Made by a program: the position numbers and the translations under genes. A DNA stretch of 64,000 nucleotides from an uncultured virus (IMG/VR IMGVR_UViG_2651869816_000009) (taxonomy: Duplodnaviria; Heunggongvirae; Uroviricota; Caudoviricetes), in IMG/VR virus record IMGVR_UViG_2651869816_000009; one strand, written 5' to 3'. The notes beneath the pieces were generated by a model, which saw only the letters and a list, made by a program, of their open reading frames with translations, searched no databases and had not been told where the DNA came from. Below are positions 17,744-28,259 of this stretch, in pieces (positions within the stretch are counted from its first letter, which is position 1; each line of letters begins with the position of its first letter).

Positions 17744-18229
17744 TTAATTTGAAACCAGTTCACGAAACATTTCTTCATTTTTTGTATCAAGCGCATAATC
17801 AATAAGTTGGTACTTGATTAATCGGTCAATCTCGGCATGATCTTCTTCATTAAGATATGGCGTTAATGTACAATCATCATTTCCAACTACTTCCAGATAC
17901 AGTTTATTGCCATATTTTCCTGTGAAATTTATTTGAATGTAAATTGTGTCCTCTCTATTCTCTTCAAAATGTTCAAATGTACTGAAACTACTCATAACAA
18001 TTTCATCCCGTTTAAAAAACATGAACTCGTTATCCCCTAATGATTCTTCTGAAATTTTAATTGCATATGCATACGCCTTAGCATCTTCAACAAATTGAAC
18101 TCGCTTTGCGAAATGGTCATATTTATTGAATGTAAATAAAAGTCGATAACCTTCATCACCTTTTACTAAGACGTTCCTTAACAGGAAATCCATGAAAGCT
18201 CGTTTTTTATCAACCGGAACTTTTTTCAT
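17744..18229 (-). CDS. YpiB/ReoY-like protein with IDEAL domain
   Basis: KKRAFMDFLL...VQFVE...IYIQINF...IDYALDTKNEEMFREL. Confidence 0.7.
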   Translation of the reverse strand: MKKVPVDKKRAFMDFLLRNVLVKGDEGYRLLFTFNKYDHFAKRVQFVEDAKAYAYAIKISEESLGDNEFMFFKRDEIVMSSFSTFEHFEENREDTIYIQINFTGKYGNKLYLEVVGNDDCTLTPYLNEEDHAEIDRLIKYQLIDYALDTKNEEMFRELVSN

Positions 18230-18232
18230 ACC

Positions 18233-19312
18233 TTACTCCCCTTTAGTATTTTTATATTTGTTTAAAATCTCATCAAAACGTTTCTGACTATCTTCAAGAT
18301 CATCACTTGGAGTTTGCTGCGGTTGTTGTACTGGTTCATGTTCTTCCTGCTGATGTAACCAATCTGGTACAGCTTCAGTTCGGTTAGCATAACCTTTGCC
18401 AGTACGCTTTTTATTTTTCTTACTCATTTCGAATCTAGTATCTAATGCTACAACATCATTTACTGTTTTTACCTTTGCCTTTTCCCAACTACTTAAAATA
18501 CTTCGGATATACCTCCATTTTGGTACATTTTCATCAATTGCTTTATTAACAGCGTGAGTAATTAATTCATTACCGAATCTATCACAAAACTCACCTAATT
18601 CTTGGATTGCAATTTCACTTAACGGAATACCCTTTTTAAGTAAAAAGTTGTAACTGATTTTAAATTCTTGATCAATTAATTTTTGAGATGAAGTAGCATT
18701 ATCATCATCATTTATATTTGTAGTAATCTCTGTAGTAATATTTGTAGTAATCTCTGTATTTGTCTTACGTTCTAATGTAAGAGGCTCTTCCGTTTCATCG
18801 TAAGAGGGTGTTCCTTTAGAATGTAAGACCCTCTTACTTTCTGATGTAATAGGGCTATTACGTTTCAAAGTAGGAGGGTTGTCATTCCCCCAATACATAA
18901 CGGATATTTTTTGAATCATTTCAGGTATGGGTTCAACATACATAACGTTATTGCACCTTGTCCCATTAACAACAATCGTCCTAAATTCAATTTTTATAAG
19001 ACCACGTTCTTTTAAAAAATCGCACGCTTCTTTCACTTGCCTTTTTGTAAATCCAAACGAATCGGCTAATTGTTGATAGCTTTTTTGGAGCATGTCTGCC
19101 TTGAACTTTTGCTTGTATTGAACTTGATTAGATTCTTCACTTCTTACTTCAGTAGGTTTATACCAATACACGAATTCTCCTAAGACAGTAATTGCAACAA
19201 TATTAGGTTTGCCATTATCTAACGTGAGTGTTTTAAACCATCCATGATCTATTACATTGCCACGAAAATTTATTTGTCCTATTTGTAATACCTTGTTGTT
19301 CATAGCCTTCAC
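18233..19312 (-). CDS. Phage replication initiator with DnaD domain
   Basis: N-terminal wHTH (KSYQQLADSFG); DnaD-like WRYIRSILSSW; internal iterons. Confidence 0.85.
   Translation of the reverse strand: MKAMNNKVLQIGQINFRGNVIDHGWFKTLTLDNGKPNIVAITVLGEFVYWYKPTEVRSEESNQVQYKQKFKADMLQKSYQQLADSFGFTKRQVKEACDFLKERGLIKIEFRTIVVNGTRCNNVMYVEPIPEMIQKISVMYWGNDNPPTLKRNSPITSESKRVLHSKGTPSYDETEEPLTLERKTNTEITTNITTEITTNINDDDNATSSQKLIDQEFKISYNFLLKKGIPLSEIAIQELGEFCDRFGNELITHAVNKAIDENVPKWRYIRSILSSWEKAKVKTVNDVVALDTRFEMSKKNKKRTGKGYANRTEAVPDWLHQQEEHEPVQQPQQTPSDDLEDSQKRFDEILNKYKNTKGE
18700..18880. repeat. Probable replication origin iterons of prophage 1
   Basis: Five about 23-bp-spaced units (e.g. CGTTCTAATGTAAGAGG, CGTTTCATCGTAAGAGG, CGTTTCAAAGTAGGAGG) plus 12-bp TGTAGTAAT-containing repeats. 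Confidence 0.6.
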
Positions 19313-19360
19313 TCCTTTTTATAAAACCAATGTGCTATTTCCCTGTTTTCCGTGGTATAC

Positions 19361-19525
19361 TTATAGCAACTTGTTTTTTCGAAAGGACCCATTGCCGTGG
19401 GCCTTTTTATTTTGTTTCACATCACTCCAAGCCCATTGTTTTATTGGCTCATAAGTGATGTAAAGCAACCATGAACCACATGCGATTAACATTGCAAATA
19501 TGACTAACGATGTTGTATCTTCCAC
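19361..19525 (-). CDS. 54-aa membrane protein
   Basis: GTG start, RBS AGGAGGTG, TM segment. Confidence 0.65.
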   Translation of the reverse strand: MEDTTSLVIFAMLIACGSWLLYITYEPIKQWAWSDVKQNKKAHGNGSFRKNKLL

Positions 19526-19581
19526 TAAATCACCTCCTTATTTATCAAACGGTAATTTTGTTAAAAATCTGAAATTCTATT

Positions 19582-19878
19582 TTAACTACCATTTGTTCTC
19601 GCCTTTTGTACTTCTAACCATGCTTCTAAATCTTTTTGTAAGAAGAGTAACTTGCGCCCTTCTCTGATAACTGGAAATTGCGGATTATTTGCTAATTCAT
19701 ACATTCTGCAAACTGCTATGTTAAGGTAAGCGGCTGCTTCTTTCACTCGCATTACTTTATTTGGTTTTGATTGTTGTCGAAATGAAGCTAAAGCCGCTTG
19801 AATTTCTTCACGGACAACTTCACGAACGGATTCTTTAATGATTTCATCTAACCCCATTTTGTTTAATGTGCTTGTCAT
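19582..19878 (-). CDS. Excisionase-like HTH_17 protein
   Basis: MRVKEAAAYLNI...FPVIREGRKLLF...LEAWL. Confidence 0.8.
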   Translation of the reverse strand: MTSTLNKMGLDEIIKESVREVVREEIQAALASFRQQSKPNKVMRVKEAAAYLNIAVCRMYELANNPQFPVIREGRKLLFLQKDLEAWLEVQKARTNGS

Positions 19879-19989
19879 TTTTGTTCCTCCCTCATAATTT
19901 TTTTGTCTATACACCCCATCGGATATGTAAACCTGCCAAACGCTACAACAAATACAATAATTTCTTTTCTCCTTTTAACCATAGTCTCT

Positions 19990-20320
19990 ACTTAACTATA
20001 AGTTAAGTTGCAGTTAAAAAATTTTGATTTCATCTAGTTTCACTTTAAAAAAATCAGCAATCTTTACAATTAAATCATAATAGGGACGGCGCTGACCGTT
20101 TTCTATATACCAGTAATATACTTCAGTTATACCAATTGCTTCAGCTACATCCTTATACCTATAACCTCGTTCTTCACGTAGCTGTTTTAGAGTCTTCATA
20201 TGCAATTCCTCTCTTCTATTTTTGTTGTTAAACACATAATAACTTAACCTAAGGTTAAGTTCAAGCCTTTTTGAAAAATTGTTGAAAAATTTCCCCTTCC
20301 AACTTAACTGATAGTTAATA
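19990..20320. promoter_or_regulatory. Three palindromic operators ACTTAAC-N5-GTTAA(G/T)
   Basis: 19990-20008, 20242-20260 and 20302-20320, around the cro/cI switch. Confidence 0.7.
20014..20199 (-). CDS. Cro-like HTH regulator
   Basis: LKQLREERGY...VAEAIGIT...IENGQRRP. Confidence 0.85.
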   Translation of the reverse strand: MKTLKQLREERGYRYKDVAEAIGITEVYYWYIENGQRRPYYDLIVKIADFFKVKLDEIKIF

Positions 20321-20399
20321 TATAATGTCAGTGAGGTAATATAAAATAAAATGAGCATGTTATAAAATAATATAAAATAAATTTTAGGGAGCTTGGAAT

Positions 20400-20753
20400 A
20401 TGTTTAATCATGAAAGGTTGAAATTGCTGATTGATAGAAAAGGAATTTCCCAACAACAGTTAGCTGATGCGATTGGTGTTAGCCATGTTTCGGTCTATAA
20501 TTATGTTGAGGGGAAAAAGAAACCGGGTATACGTACACTGCAAAAGATAGCAAATCATTTAAAAGTTACTACTGATTACCTATTAGGAGTATCTGATTCA
20601 CCACATTTAACAGCAGACCAAGATCTACAACTTACAAAAGAAGCCCAAGAAATCCTTCAAATCATTAATGATTTGCCTGAAAAACAACGCAAAAAGGCAT
20701 TGGAACAGTTGGAGATGTTTGTTAATTATGAAAAAACAAAGAAAAATAACTAA
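20400..20753 (+). CDS. CI-like XRE repressor
   Basis: SQQQLADAIGVSH...TTDYLLG; divergent from cro. Confidence 0.88.
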   Translation: MFNHERLKLLIDRKGISQQQLADAIGVSHVSVYNYVEGKKKPGIRTLQKIANHLKVTTDYLLGVSDSPHLTADQDLQLTKEAQEILQIINDLPEKQRKKALEQLEMFVNYEKTKKNN

Positions 20754-20789
20754 TAAAAATAGACTATCAAAATAAAAAGATAGTCTATT

Positions 20790-20924
20790 TTAAATAAATT
20801 TTTTTACTTTTACATTCTTTAAGCACATATTCAATACTTCTTCCTTGCGATTTTTTTTGAATCCTACAAGTAATAAAGCTTTCTTAATTAAGATTAAATT
20901 CTCTACATTTTTCTCATCCTTCAT
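20790..20924 (-). CDS. AimX-position small ORF (44 aa), convergent on cI
   Basis: RBS AAAGGGG; downstream of the aimP terminator; shares the hairpin at 20758-20789 with cI. Confidence 0.5.
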   Translation of the reverse strand: MKDEKNVENLILIKKALLLVGFKKNRKEEVLNMCLKNVKVKKFI

Positions 20925-21084
20925 TAAAGCTTCCCCTTTGCTGATATTTCTGATTTATAAGTTAATTTTAACAACATTCTACCAAATCAAAGCTAAACTA
21001 ACTCAAATTTTAATTATTGAATTTTGGCAAGTATGTGAATTCAATAAAAAAATACGATCTTTCGATCGTATTTTTTACTTTCCT

Positions 21085-21222
21085 TTAGCCTCCTGGCTTA
21101 ATATCAACTTGCATATAAGCTGTTTTGTCAATGCTACTTTTGTTTACTGTTTTATAATCATTTGCTAAACCTGTTGTTACTAGTGATAATACCATGAAAG
21201 ACATCAATAGAATCTTCTTCAA
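21085..21222 (-). CDS. aimP: Arbitrium pre-pro-peptide AimP (MKKILLMSFMVLSLVTTGLANDYKTVNKSSIDKTAYMQVDIKPGG)
   Basis: TTG start, RBS AGGAG, signal peptide, C-terminal xIKPGG, terminator at 21047-21076; overlaps the aimR end. Confidence 0.85.
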   Translation of the reverse strand: MKKILLMSFMVLSLVTTGLANDYKTVNKSSIDKTAYMQVDIKPGG

Positions 21223-22351
21223 AATATCCATCTCCTCGTTCTTTTTTAAAATCAATCATCCACTCAATAACCATAGATTGTTCACCACGTCTATATAACT
21301 CCTTAGCTATTAAGCTGGAAAATAAATAATTGGATTGTGTAAAAAACTCACGTAAACATTTATGTAATTCAATATTGCTTTCTTGAGAAGCAGCTTTAAA
21401 GAATTTTATAAAATCTTCATTTTCTCTTTGATAAAACATTTCTTCCATTTTCATTATAAAATGCATGCTTTTAACGCGGTCACTATCCACTAATTCATAA
21501 TACATTTCTGCCATTTCTAAGTTACATTTAGCCTCAACCTCTAATGGTTTCTCACTTATCATTTTAGCTTCTTTATAACTTTTCTTCAAGGAATTAATGC
21601 ATTGTTCTTTATTTTCCGTCAAGTATGACATTCCTATAGTATACAAAGCATCAGAAAGCATTTTTTTACTGATATTAGCATGTTTAATGATGTATGCATA
21701 ATGCCGCGCTGCTTCCAAGTTATTTAAACGTAAATATGCCGGCCCTAATACTTCGGCAATCCGATGTATATAACACTGCTTTATAAATAATTTTCTTTCA
21801 CCTTTCAACTTCATTATTTGTTTTTCTGTTTCTTGCGCAACTCCTAACATCAAAACAAATTCCTTAGAAAAGTAGTAATTATAACACTTCATTATATTCA
21901 TTAAAATACGCAGGTCCGAATCAGTTGGAAGACCTATTTTTTGCATTTCATCGATTAATTTATCGCCTTGTATTTCATTAATTATATAGTTATACAGTAT
22001 TTGGTAAACCGATACATATTCTTTAATCGTTCCATTTTCATGTTTATATTTTCCTAGAAGTTTTTCTAGAAGTGAAATATTCCTTGTAATTGTTGCATAC
22101 TCAAAGCTTTGTTTTATCGCTTCTGTTTTTTCCAATTTTAAACACCAATCAGACATAACTTTGCGTTGCTCTTCGGCGGAAGTAGTTAATATATAAGAAA
22201 TTTTCAATAATTTACAAAAACCTATTATCCCCTTATTTTTAAATTTCGATATATATTGAATACTTACTCCGAGTAACTCTGCAACATCCGTAAATGTTAA
22301 GTTCTCATCGTCTTCAATCATATTACAAACTTCAATATGTAGCGGTTTCAC
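21158..22351 (-). CDS. aimR: AimR-family arbitrium receptor (HTH plus TPR)
   Basis: 397 aa, N-terminal HTH, helical repeats; between integrase and cI and followed by a secreted peptide. Confidence 0.85.
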   Translation of the reverse strand: MKPLHIEVCNMIEDDENLTFTDVAELLGVSIQYISKFKNKGIIGFCKLLKISYILTTSAEEQRKVMSDWCLKLEKTEAIKQSFEYATITRNISLLEKLLGKYKHENGTIKEYVSVYQILYNYIINEIQGDKLIDEMQKIGLPTDSDLRILMNIMKCYNYYFSKEFVLMLGVAQETEKQIMKLKGERKLFIKQCYIHRIAEVLGPAYLRLNNLEAARHYAYIIKHANISKKMLSDALYTIGMSYLTENKEQCINSLKKSYKEAKMISEKPLEVEAKCNLEMAEMYYELVDSDRVKSMHFIMKMEEMFYQRENEDFIKFFKAASQESNIELHKCLREFFTQSNYLFSSLIAKELYRRGEQSMVIEWMIDFKKERGDGYFEEDSIDVFHGIITSNNRFSK

Positions 22352-22649
22352 ATTAATCCTCCTTCTTAATTTACTCTATAAGCGTATATTATCATAAGTA
22401 AACAAACGTGTATTCTGTTAAGTGATAAATAAAACTTGAGAAATATTTTGAAGAAGATACTTCTGCTAATTCGACATAATTTTAGGAAAATAAAAATAAC
22501 CTTAACGGCTACTTTTATTAATTAATAACAATTTAAATATGATAAAATAAATCCATCGCTGATATGTCCAAACATGTAATTTCCATACCAGCAAAATTAC
22601 AACTAGACTTCTACAACATTATTCAAAACAAAATTAAGGAGTGTTTTAA

Positions 22650-23756
22650 GTGAAAGGACATATTCGAAAAAGAGGAACTAAGTACTGTATCGTTATTGAT
22701 ATCGGTCCTGATCCAGAGACAGGAAAAAGAAGACAAAAGTGGTTTTCTGGGTATACGACAAAAAAAGAAGCACAGGCTGATGTAGCAAAAAAAATTACGG
22801 AGTTGAATGAAGGGAATTTTGTGGAGCCGTCTAAACTCACTTTAAAAGATTATTTGATTCAGTGGTTAGAAATTAAAAAGATGAGTGTAGAAAAGAGTAG
22901 CCTTTCTAGATATCGGTCCAATATAAACAAACATATTATACCTAGTATAGGCATGATTCCACTTCACAAATTAAATGTAATGCACATACAAAAATGTTAT
23001 CAATCTGCACTGAATAATGGCCTAGCAAACAACACTATACTCTTTCTGCACCGAACCCTAAAAGCAGCTATAAATCTAGCTGTAAAACAAAATATTATTT
23101 CTAAAAATCCAGCTACTTTTGCAGTGATACCCAAAAAAGAAAAAAGCTCCATCCAGACTTGGACAGAGGAAGAAGTAAAACAGTTTTTATTACATTCACA
23201 AGAATCACAATATCATATTGGATATCTTCTTGCAATAACTACGGGCATGCGTTTGGGAGAAGTTCTTGGGTTACGTTGGCAAGATGTTGATTTCAATAAC
23301 CATACAGTTACAATTAACCAAACAGTAGGTCATGATAATTTAATTAAACAAAGTGCTAAAACTAATTCTTCAAAGCGCACGATCCCTATTCCTTTACAAG
23401 TAATTGAAGAATTAAAAAAGTGCAAGCTACAAATAAATAAAGATAAATTACGAATCGGTCCAGCCTATCATGATTTAGATTTAATCATTTGTAACAAATT
23501 AGGAAAAGTCACAATAAGAACAACTTTTACTAGACACTTTTACAGGATAATTAAAAATGCTGGGATTAGAAAAATTAAATTTCATGATACAAGACATACA
23601 CACGCAACCCTTTTATTAAAACAAGGGGTTCATCCAAAAGTTGTTAGTGAGCGTTTGGGTCATACTGATATCTCTTTAACTTTAAGGGTGTATTCTCATG
23701 TCTTACCAAATATGCAGGAAGATGCGGTAAAAACATTCGCAAAAAGTATATTTTGA
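22650..23756 (+). CDS. Prophage tyrosine integrase (ICEBs1-like)
   Basis: Arm-binding N-terminus; TGMRLGE, FHDTRHTHAT, RLGH and VYSH motifs. Confidence 0.95.
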   Translation: MKGHIRKRGTKYCIVIDIGPDPETGKRRQKWFSGYTTKKEAQADVAKKITELNEGNFVEPSKLTLKDYLIQWLEIKKMSVEKSSLSRYRSNINKHIIPSIGMIPLHKLNVMHIQKCYQSALNNGLANNTILFLHRTLKAAINLAVKQNIISKNPATFAVIPKKEKSSIQTWTEEEVKQFLLHSQESQYHIGYLLAITTGMRLGEVLGLRWQDVDFNNHTVTINQTVGHDNLIKQSAKTNSSKRTIPIPLQVIEELKKCKLQINKDKLRIGPAYHDLDLIICNKLGKVTIRTTFTRHFYRIIKNAGIRKIKFHDTRHTHATLLLKQGVHPKVVSERLGHTDISLTLRVYSHVLPNMQEDAVKTFAKSIF

Positions 23757-23760
23757 TACT

Positions 23761-23855
23761 AATGTTTGCAAAATGTTTGCAAAATCCTTTAAAAACGGTT
23801 AAAAATGTTGATTTAAAGGGGTTTGTAAGATAAATGTTTCCGAACAGTAAGATCT
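23761..23855. other. att junction of prophage 1 with arm-type repeats
   Basis: AATGTTTGCAA direct repeat at about 23761-23782; permease reading frame runs into phage DNA after ...LDLTV. Confidence 0.6.
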
Positions 23856-24793
23856 AATGCAATCTCTGTAAACCCTTGATTCCGAATCATCACTTGTCTC
23901 ATTGCGTCAGCGCCGTATGTGAGTGGAAATACTTTCCCTAACATTTGTAGCCACTTATTCATAGATTCCATTGGAAACAATCCAGAAAAGAAGATTTGTG
24001 GCACAATAACAAGCGGTATAAATTGAATCATTTGAAATTCATTATTTGCGTATGCCGATAAAAACGTACCTAATGTTAGTGCAGTTAAAGAGAGCATACA
24101 TGTAATAAGTAGCGTTAGCCATATGGAGCCAGCTACGTATAAATCTAAAATATAAACGGAAAAGCTTACGATAATAATGGATTGTATAAAGGCAAAGATT
24201 CCAAAACCAATAATATAACCTGCGACTATTTCCCATCTTCTTACTGGGGTGGATAATAACCTTTCTAGCGTACCACTTAAACGTTCTCTTACGAAAGATA
24301 CACCTGATAATATAAATACAAAGAAAAATGTAAAGAAACCAATTAATACAGGACCAAGCCCATCAAACATCGTAAAGTCTTTAGAGCCATGTAAATAATT
24401 TACTTCAGGTTTCATAATCGATACATCATTCTTCTCTGTGCTTTTTTGCAATACTTGAAGTACAGCACGATTTTTTGACGAATCACTACCTTCCAACAGA
24501 AGTTTCATTTTTCCATTCTCTATTCGAAATACTGCATCTACCTTTTGTTTTTCCAACTCAGAAATCGCCTTTTCCTTACTGTATTCATAAATTGACGCTT
24601 CTTGATTTTTCATCACTTTTACTATTTGAGCGGGCATATCAACAACAGCAATTTGCGGTATATAGTCTTTCTGTGTAAACACTAGTGACAAAAGCCAAAG
24701 TAATAACATCGGCGCTCCAAACATCATTGCTAACGAACGCTTATCTCGAAAAAATTGACGAATAATACGTATAATTACACCAGTAACTCTCAT
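23813..24793 (-). CDS. ABC-2 type permease, last TM segment replaced by phage DNA
   Basis: RERLSGTLERLLSTP, FFSGLFP; ends in a polar tail RKHLSYKPL. Confidence 0.85.
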   Translation of the reverse strand: MRVTGVIIRIIRQFFRDKRSLAMMFGAPMLLLWLLSLVFTQKDYIPQIAVVDMPAQIVKVMKNQEASIYEYSKEKAISELEKQKVDAVFRIENGKMKLLLEGSDSSKNRAVLQVLQKSTEKNDVSIMKPEVNYLHGSKDFTMFDGLGPVLIGFFTFFFVFILSGVSFVRERLSGTLERLLSTPVRRWEIVAGYIIGFGIFAFIQSIIIVSFSVYILDLYVAGSIWLTLLITCMLSLTALTLGTFLSAYANNEFQMIQFIPLVIVPQIFFSGLFPMESMNKWLQMLGKVFPLTYGADAMRQVMIRNQGFTEIALDLTVRKHLSYKPL

Positions 24794-25515
24794 GATGGCA
24801 CCACCTCTTCTAGCAAAAAGACATCTTCAATCCGTCCAGATGACACGCGTTTTTTCAATTCTTCAGTTGTTCCAACCGCAACTAGTTTCCCTTCTCTAAT
24901 TAACCCTAGACGCTCACAAAATTCAGCTTCATCCATAATGTGCGTCGTTACAATAATCGTTGTGCCTTTCTTTTTAAGATCATAAAATTTTTCCCAAATC
25001 GTTTTTCTAAGAAGCGGATCTATCCCCACTGTAGGCTCATCTAAAATTAATATTTCTGGTTCGTGAAGGAGCGCTATTGCTAATGATAAGCGTTTTTTCA
25101 TTCCACCTGAAAATTGTTGTACTTGCTTTTTCATATACTGTGACAATTGTACAAGTTCAAAAACCTCTGCAATTCTTGTCTTTTTACGTTTTCCCTTTAG
25201 TCCATACATCGTTGCTATAAAATCTGCATTTTCATATGCTGACAATTCTTCGTATAATGCATCCGCCTGGGCCATATAACCAATTCTTTTCATTTCATTT
25301 AAATTAGGCATATTAATATTATTAACAAGCACTTCACCTTTCGTTGCCTCATTAATACCTGCAATCATTTTAATGAGCGTTGTTTTCCCCGATCCAGAAG
25401 GTCCAACAAAACCAAAAATTTCTGCTTTTTCAACTTGCAATGAAAGATTGTGTAACACTTCTTTTTTCCCAAAACTTTTTGATACAGTCCGTAAAATAAT
25501 GGAAGGTTGTTGCAC
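24790..25515 (-). CDS. ABC transporter ATP-binding protein
   Basis: GPSGSGKT, FSGGM, ILDEP. Confidence 0.95.
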   Translation of the reverse strand: MQQPSIILRTVSKSFGKKEVLHNLSLQVEKAEIFGFVGPSGSGKTTLIKMIAGINEATKGEVLVNNINMPNLNEMKRIGYMAQADALYEELSAYENADFIATMYGLKGKRKKTRIAEVFELVQLSQYMKKQVQQFSGGMKKRLSLAIALLHEPEILILDEPTVGIDPLLRKTIWEKFYDLKKKGTTIIVTTHIMDEAEFCERLGLIREGKLVAVGTTEELKKRVSSGRIEDVFLLEEVVPS

Positions 25516-25702
25516 GTTTCATCCTCCTTTTCCAATAAAATGAGTGAGTACTCACTTTTATTTTACCCTTGCTTAATTATATGTCAAACTTCATTGATTA
25601 GTATGTATGTTCAATCAACGATATTAAACAATGAAACAGAGTCGACATTAGAATTTCATTTCCTAAAGTCGACTCTGTTTCATTTAAACTATAAATTTCA
25701 CT

Positions 25703-25954
25703 TTACGTTTTTAAATTCATATACTTCCGAATTCTAGCAACATCTAAAGAATATTCAATAACTAATTGCTGTAACGGTAAAATAACTGTGTCAGGATATA
25801 AATGTGCATATTGTAATGTTTCTGCATATTTTTCTAACCTTTTTTCTAAATACTTTATTATTTGATCAGGATGACTTACTAATAAACATTTACAATAATA
25901 ATGTATTTGTTCCTCAATCGCCGTGTATTCTTCAATTTCATATTCTTTATGCAT
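25703..25954 (-). CDS. Hypothetical host protein
   Basis: 83 aa, RBS AAGGGG, terminator at about 25634-25680. Confidence 0.7.
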   Translation of the reverse strand: MHKEYEIEEYTAIEEQIHYYCKCLLVSHPDQIIKYLEKRLEKYAETLQYAHLYPDTVILPLQQLVIEYSLDVARIRKYMNLKT

Positions 25955-26484
25955 GTGTACACCCCTTTAAGTTTTTTACATGAATTACTTATCACAATTT
26001 TCACTCGACAAATTTTAAGTTTTTTGATTATTTACACTATAACAAACAATCAGGGTCAAATTTTGTTACTTTATGTAACGTAGAAAATTTTTAACAAAAT
26101 TGTAATGTTAACTCCTGCAAAATACATAAAATCTCTTTACTCACTTTTGTATAAAAAAATCGTACAGCTTAATTTAACTGCACGACTACAATCTCTGGCC
26201 TATTCAAAATTCTTTGCGGAATGATACTATTTCCTAATCCTCTACTCACTACCATTGATGTAACATGCCCGGTTCTGTTCTAATAGTATCATATAACATT
26301 AAAGCCGAAATTCCTAAGTTAAGGAAATTCGGCTTTTTGAGTTCGCATAAATATCTTAGTTTTAGTTCTATGTACCTTGCAGTTGTAGATCTTAGTACAT
26401 ACCAGTTGTCTATCTATATGTGATGAGTTTTTTATCTTTTTCAATAATCAACTATGTATAAAATATTTAACTTAATTAATCCCC

Positions 26485-27357
26485 TTAATGGATATCATGC
26501 TTTTTAAAGTTACCGCCTTGTACTTCCGCAACATCATATACAGTGACAAAGGCATTTTCATCAATTTCATGAATAAGTTCCTTCATTTTATTCTCTTCTA
26601 AACGACTGATAACACAGCTAACTTCTTTATAAGCTTCTTTCGAAAAGCCACCATACATTTCATTATAGATTGCATTTCTCCCAAGACGTTCCCAAATTGT
26701 ATCTATCATTAATTTAGGTTCTTTTGTAACAATTTTAAATGTTTTAGAGCCACTTAATCCTACTTCAATAATATGAATTACTTTAGAAGCAATAAAGTAC
26801 GCAATCGCTGATAAAATTCCACCCTGAAGACCGAATACTGTTGACACAAAAATAAATACGAACATATTTAAAAACAAGATAAGATCACTTGTGCCAAACG
26901 GTAATCTTCTAGACAACAATACCGCTAACATATCAATTCCATCTAACGCCCCACCATTACGAAGTGCCAATCCCATACCAAAGCCAATAATCACACCACC
27001 AACAACAGTAACTAGCAATGTATCTCCTTCAATAATTGTAGGCACATTATGCATAATCACAGTACCTATTGCAAGTGATACAATACCAATAACTGAATAA
27101 ATTGCAAATCCTCTACCGATTTGTTTATAACCTAACCAAACAAATGGAATATTAATAAATCCAATTAAAAGACCTAATGGCAACCCAAATAACTGAGAAC
27201 TAACGATACTTATACCTGTTACACCACCATCTGAGACATTATTAGGAATAAGTACAGCCTCTAATCCATACGCGGTTATAAATGCTCCAATAACAATTAA
27301 AATTGCTTGCGAGATTCTTTTTAATTTATTAACATTTTTAGTCCTTATACTTCCCAT
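26485..27357 (-). CDS. YitT-family membrane protein (DUF161/DUF2179)
   Basis: DGGVTG, GGALDG and IDENAFV motifs. Confidence 0.9.
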   Translation of the reverse strand: MGSIRTKNVNKLKRISQAILIVIGAFITAYGLEAVLIPNNVSDGGVTGISIVSSQLFGLPLGLLIGFINIPFVWLGYKQIGRGFAIYSVIGIVSLAIGTVIMHNVPTIIEGDTLLVTVVGGVIIGFGMGLALRNGGALDGIDMLAVLLSRRLPFGTSDLILFLNMFVFIFVSTVFGLQGGILSAIAYFIASKVIHIIEVGLSGSKTFKIVTKEPKLMIDTIWERLGRNAIYNEMYGGFSKEAYKEVSCVISRLEENKMKELIHEIDENAFVTVYDVAEVQGGNFKKHDIH

Positions 27358-28049
27358 CTCAATTCCTCATTTCTCACATTTTTCTCTTTTTGTCATTTTA
27401 TAATTACATCAGCTTCTTTAATCTTAGTGTTACACCCTACTATGTAACTTCTCTCAAACTATAACTTCCTATACTTAATCCGAAGGGTATACGGTATATG
27501 TATGGATTCTTATAACTACTAATCATGCGTTACCCTATTAAATACGTTATCCACTTTGCCATTTAAACACCATGAAATTATTGTTAATAGACCGCACACA
27601 GAAACTACTGGCTGTTCCACCTCCCAAGAGTTTAAATTATTTCCGTCCACTTACCTATCACACAGTATCAAAACCGTAGTTCATGAAATCAATTCCATAA
27701 ACATACTGAGTGCTACTTTACAAGTCTCAAAATAGCACTAACTGACCAATATACTCATTCAGTCAATTATAATATACCTAAAACTAAAGAGAAATTCCAT
27801 TAATTAATATTATTTCTCTTTATTAAAACAAGATACATAATGTAGGATTGTTTAAGTTTTTTATAAAATAAGTAAGTTTTATAAACACTCTAGTTTTCAA
27901 TGTTTTTATGATGTGAAAACTATTTAAATTACGCTTAATCGAGAGTAATTTATTCAATATATTCTTTCTTTTCACTCTTGTATTTTATCTTCATTCGTGT
28001 ATTATATGATGCAAGAATCTTCACATAGAAGAAAACTTTTAACAACGAG

Positions 28050-28259
28050 GTGTATCATATGGAGACAAAAAATAATGTTACAATTGGTTCCTACGTACAA
28101 TTTCCCTATCGTAATAACTCCACCTTACAATTAACAGGTTGTGTAGTTAATATCTTACAAAATACGATTGTAGTTGATATTGCTGATATTGCTGAAACAC
28201 ATGCTATTGAAGAAACTAGGCAAGTTGTAAAACATGGTTATTATAAAGTGAAACTTTAA
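28050..28259 (+). CDS. Small YkvS/DUF2187-like protein
   Basis: G-V-N-I-V-D pattern, VVKHGYYK; stop codon lies in the bcr1 end. Confidence 0.6.
   Translation: MYHMETKNNVTIGSYVQFPYRNNSTLQLTGCVVNILQNTIVVDIADIAETHAIEETRQVVKHGYYKVKL

Larger units (their letters stand above)
1..23850 (-). mobile_element. Prophage 1 (defective, B. cereus-group temperate phage); left end outside window
   Basis: Integrase, arbitrium, cI/cro, replication, ArpU and lysis modules in typical order; right junction interrupts the ABC permease C-terminus; no terminase, portal, capsid or tape-measure genes. Confidence 0.9.

Noticed and set aside
27400..27720. Possible riboswitch upstream of yitT
   Set aside because: Long leader with some stems, but no aptamer consensus I can recognise.
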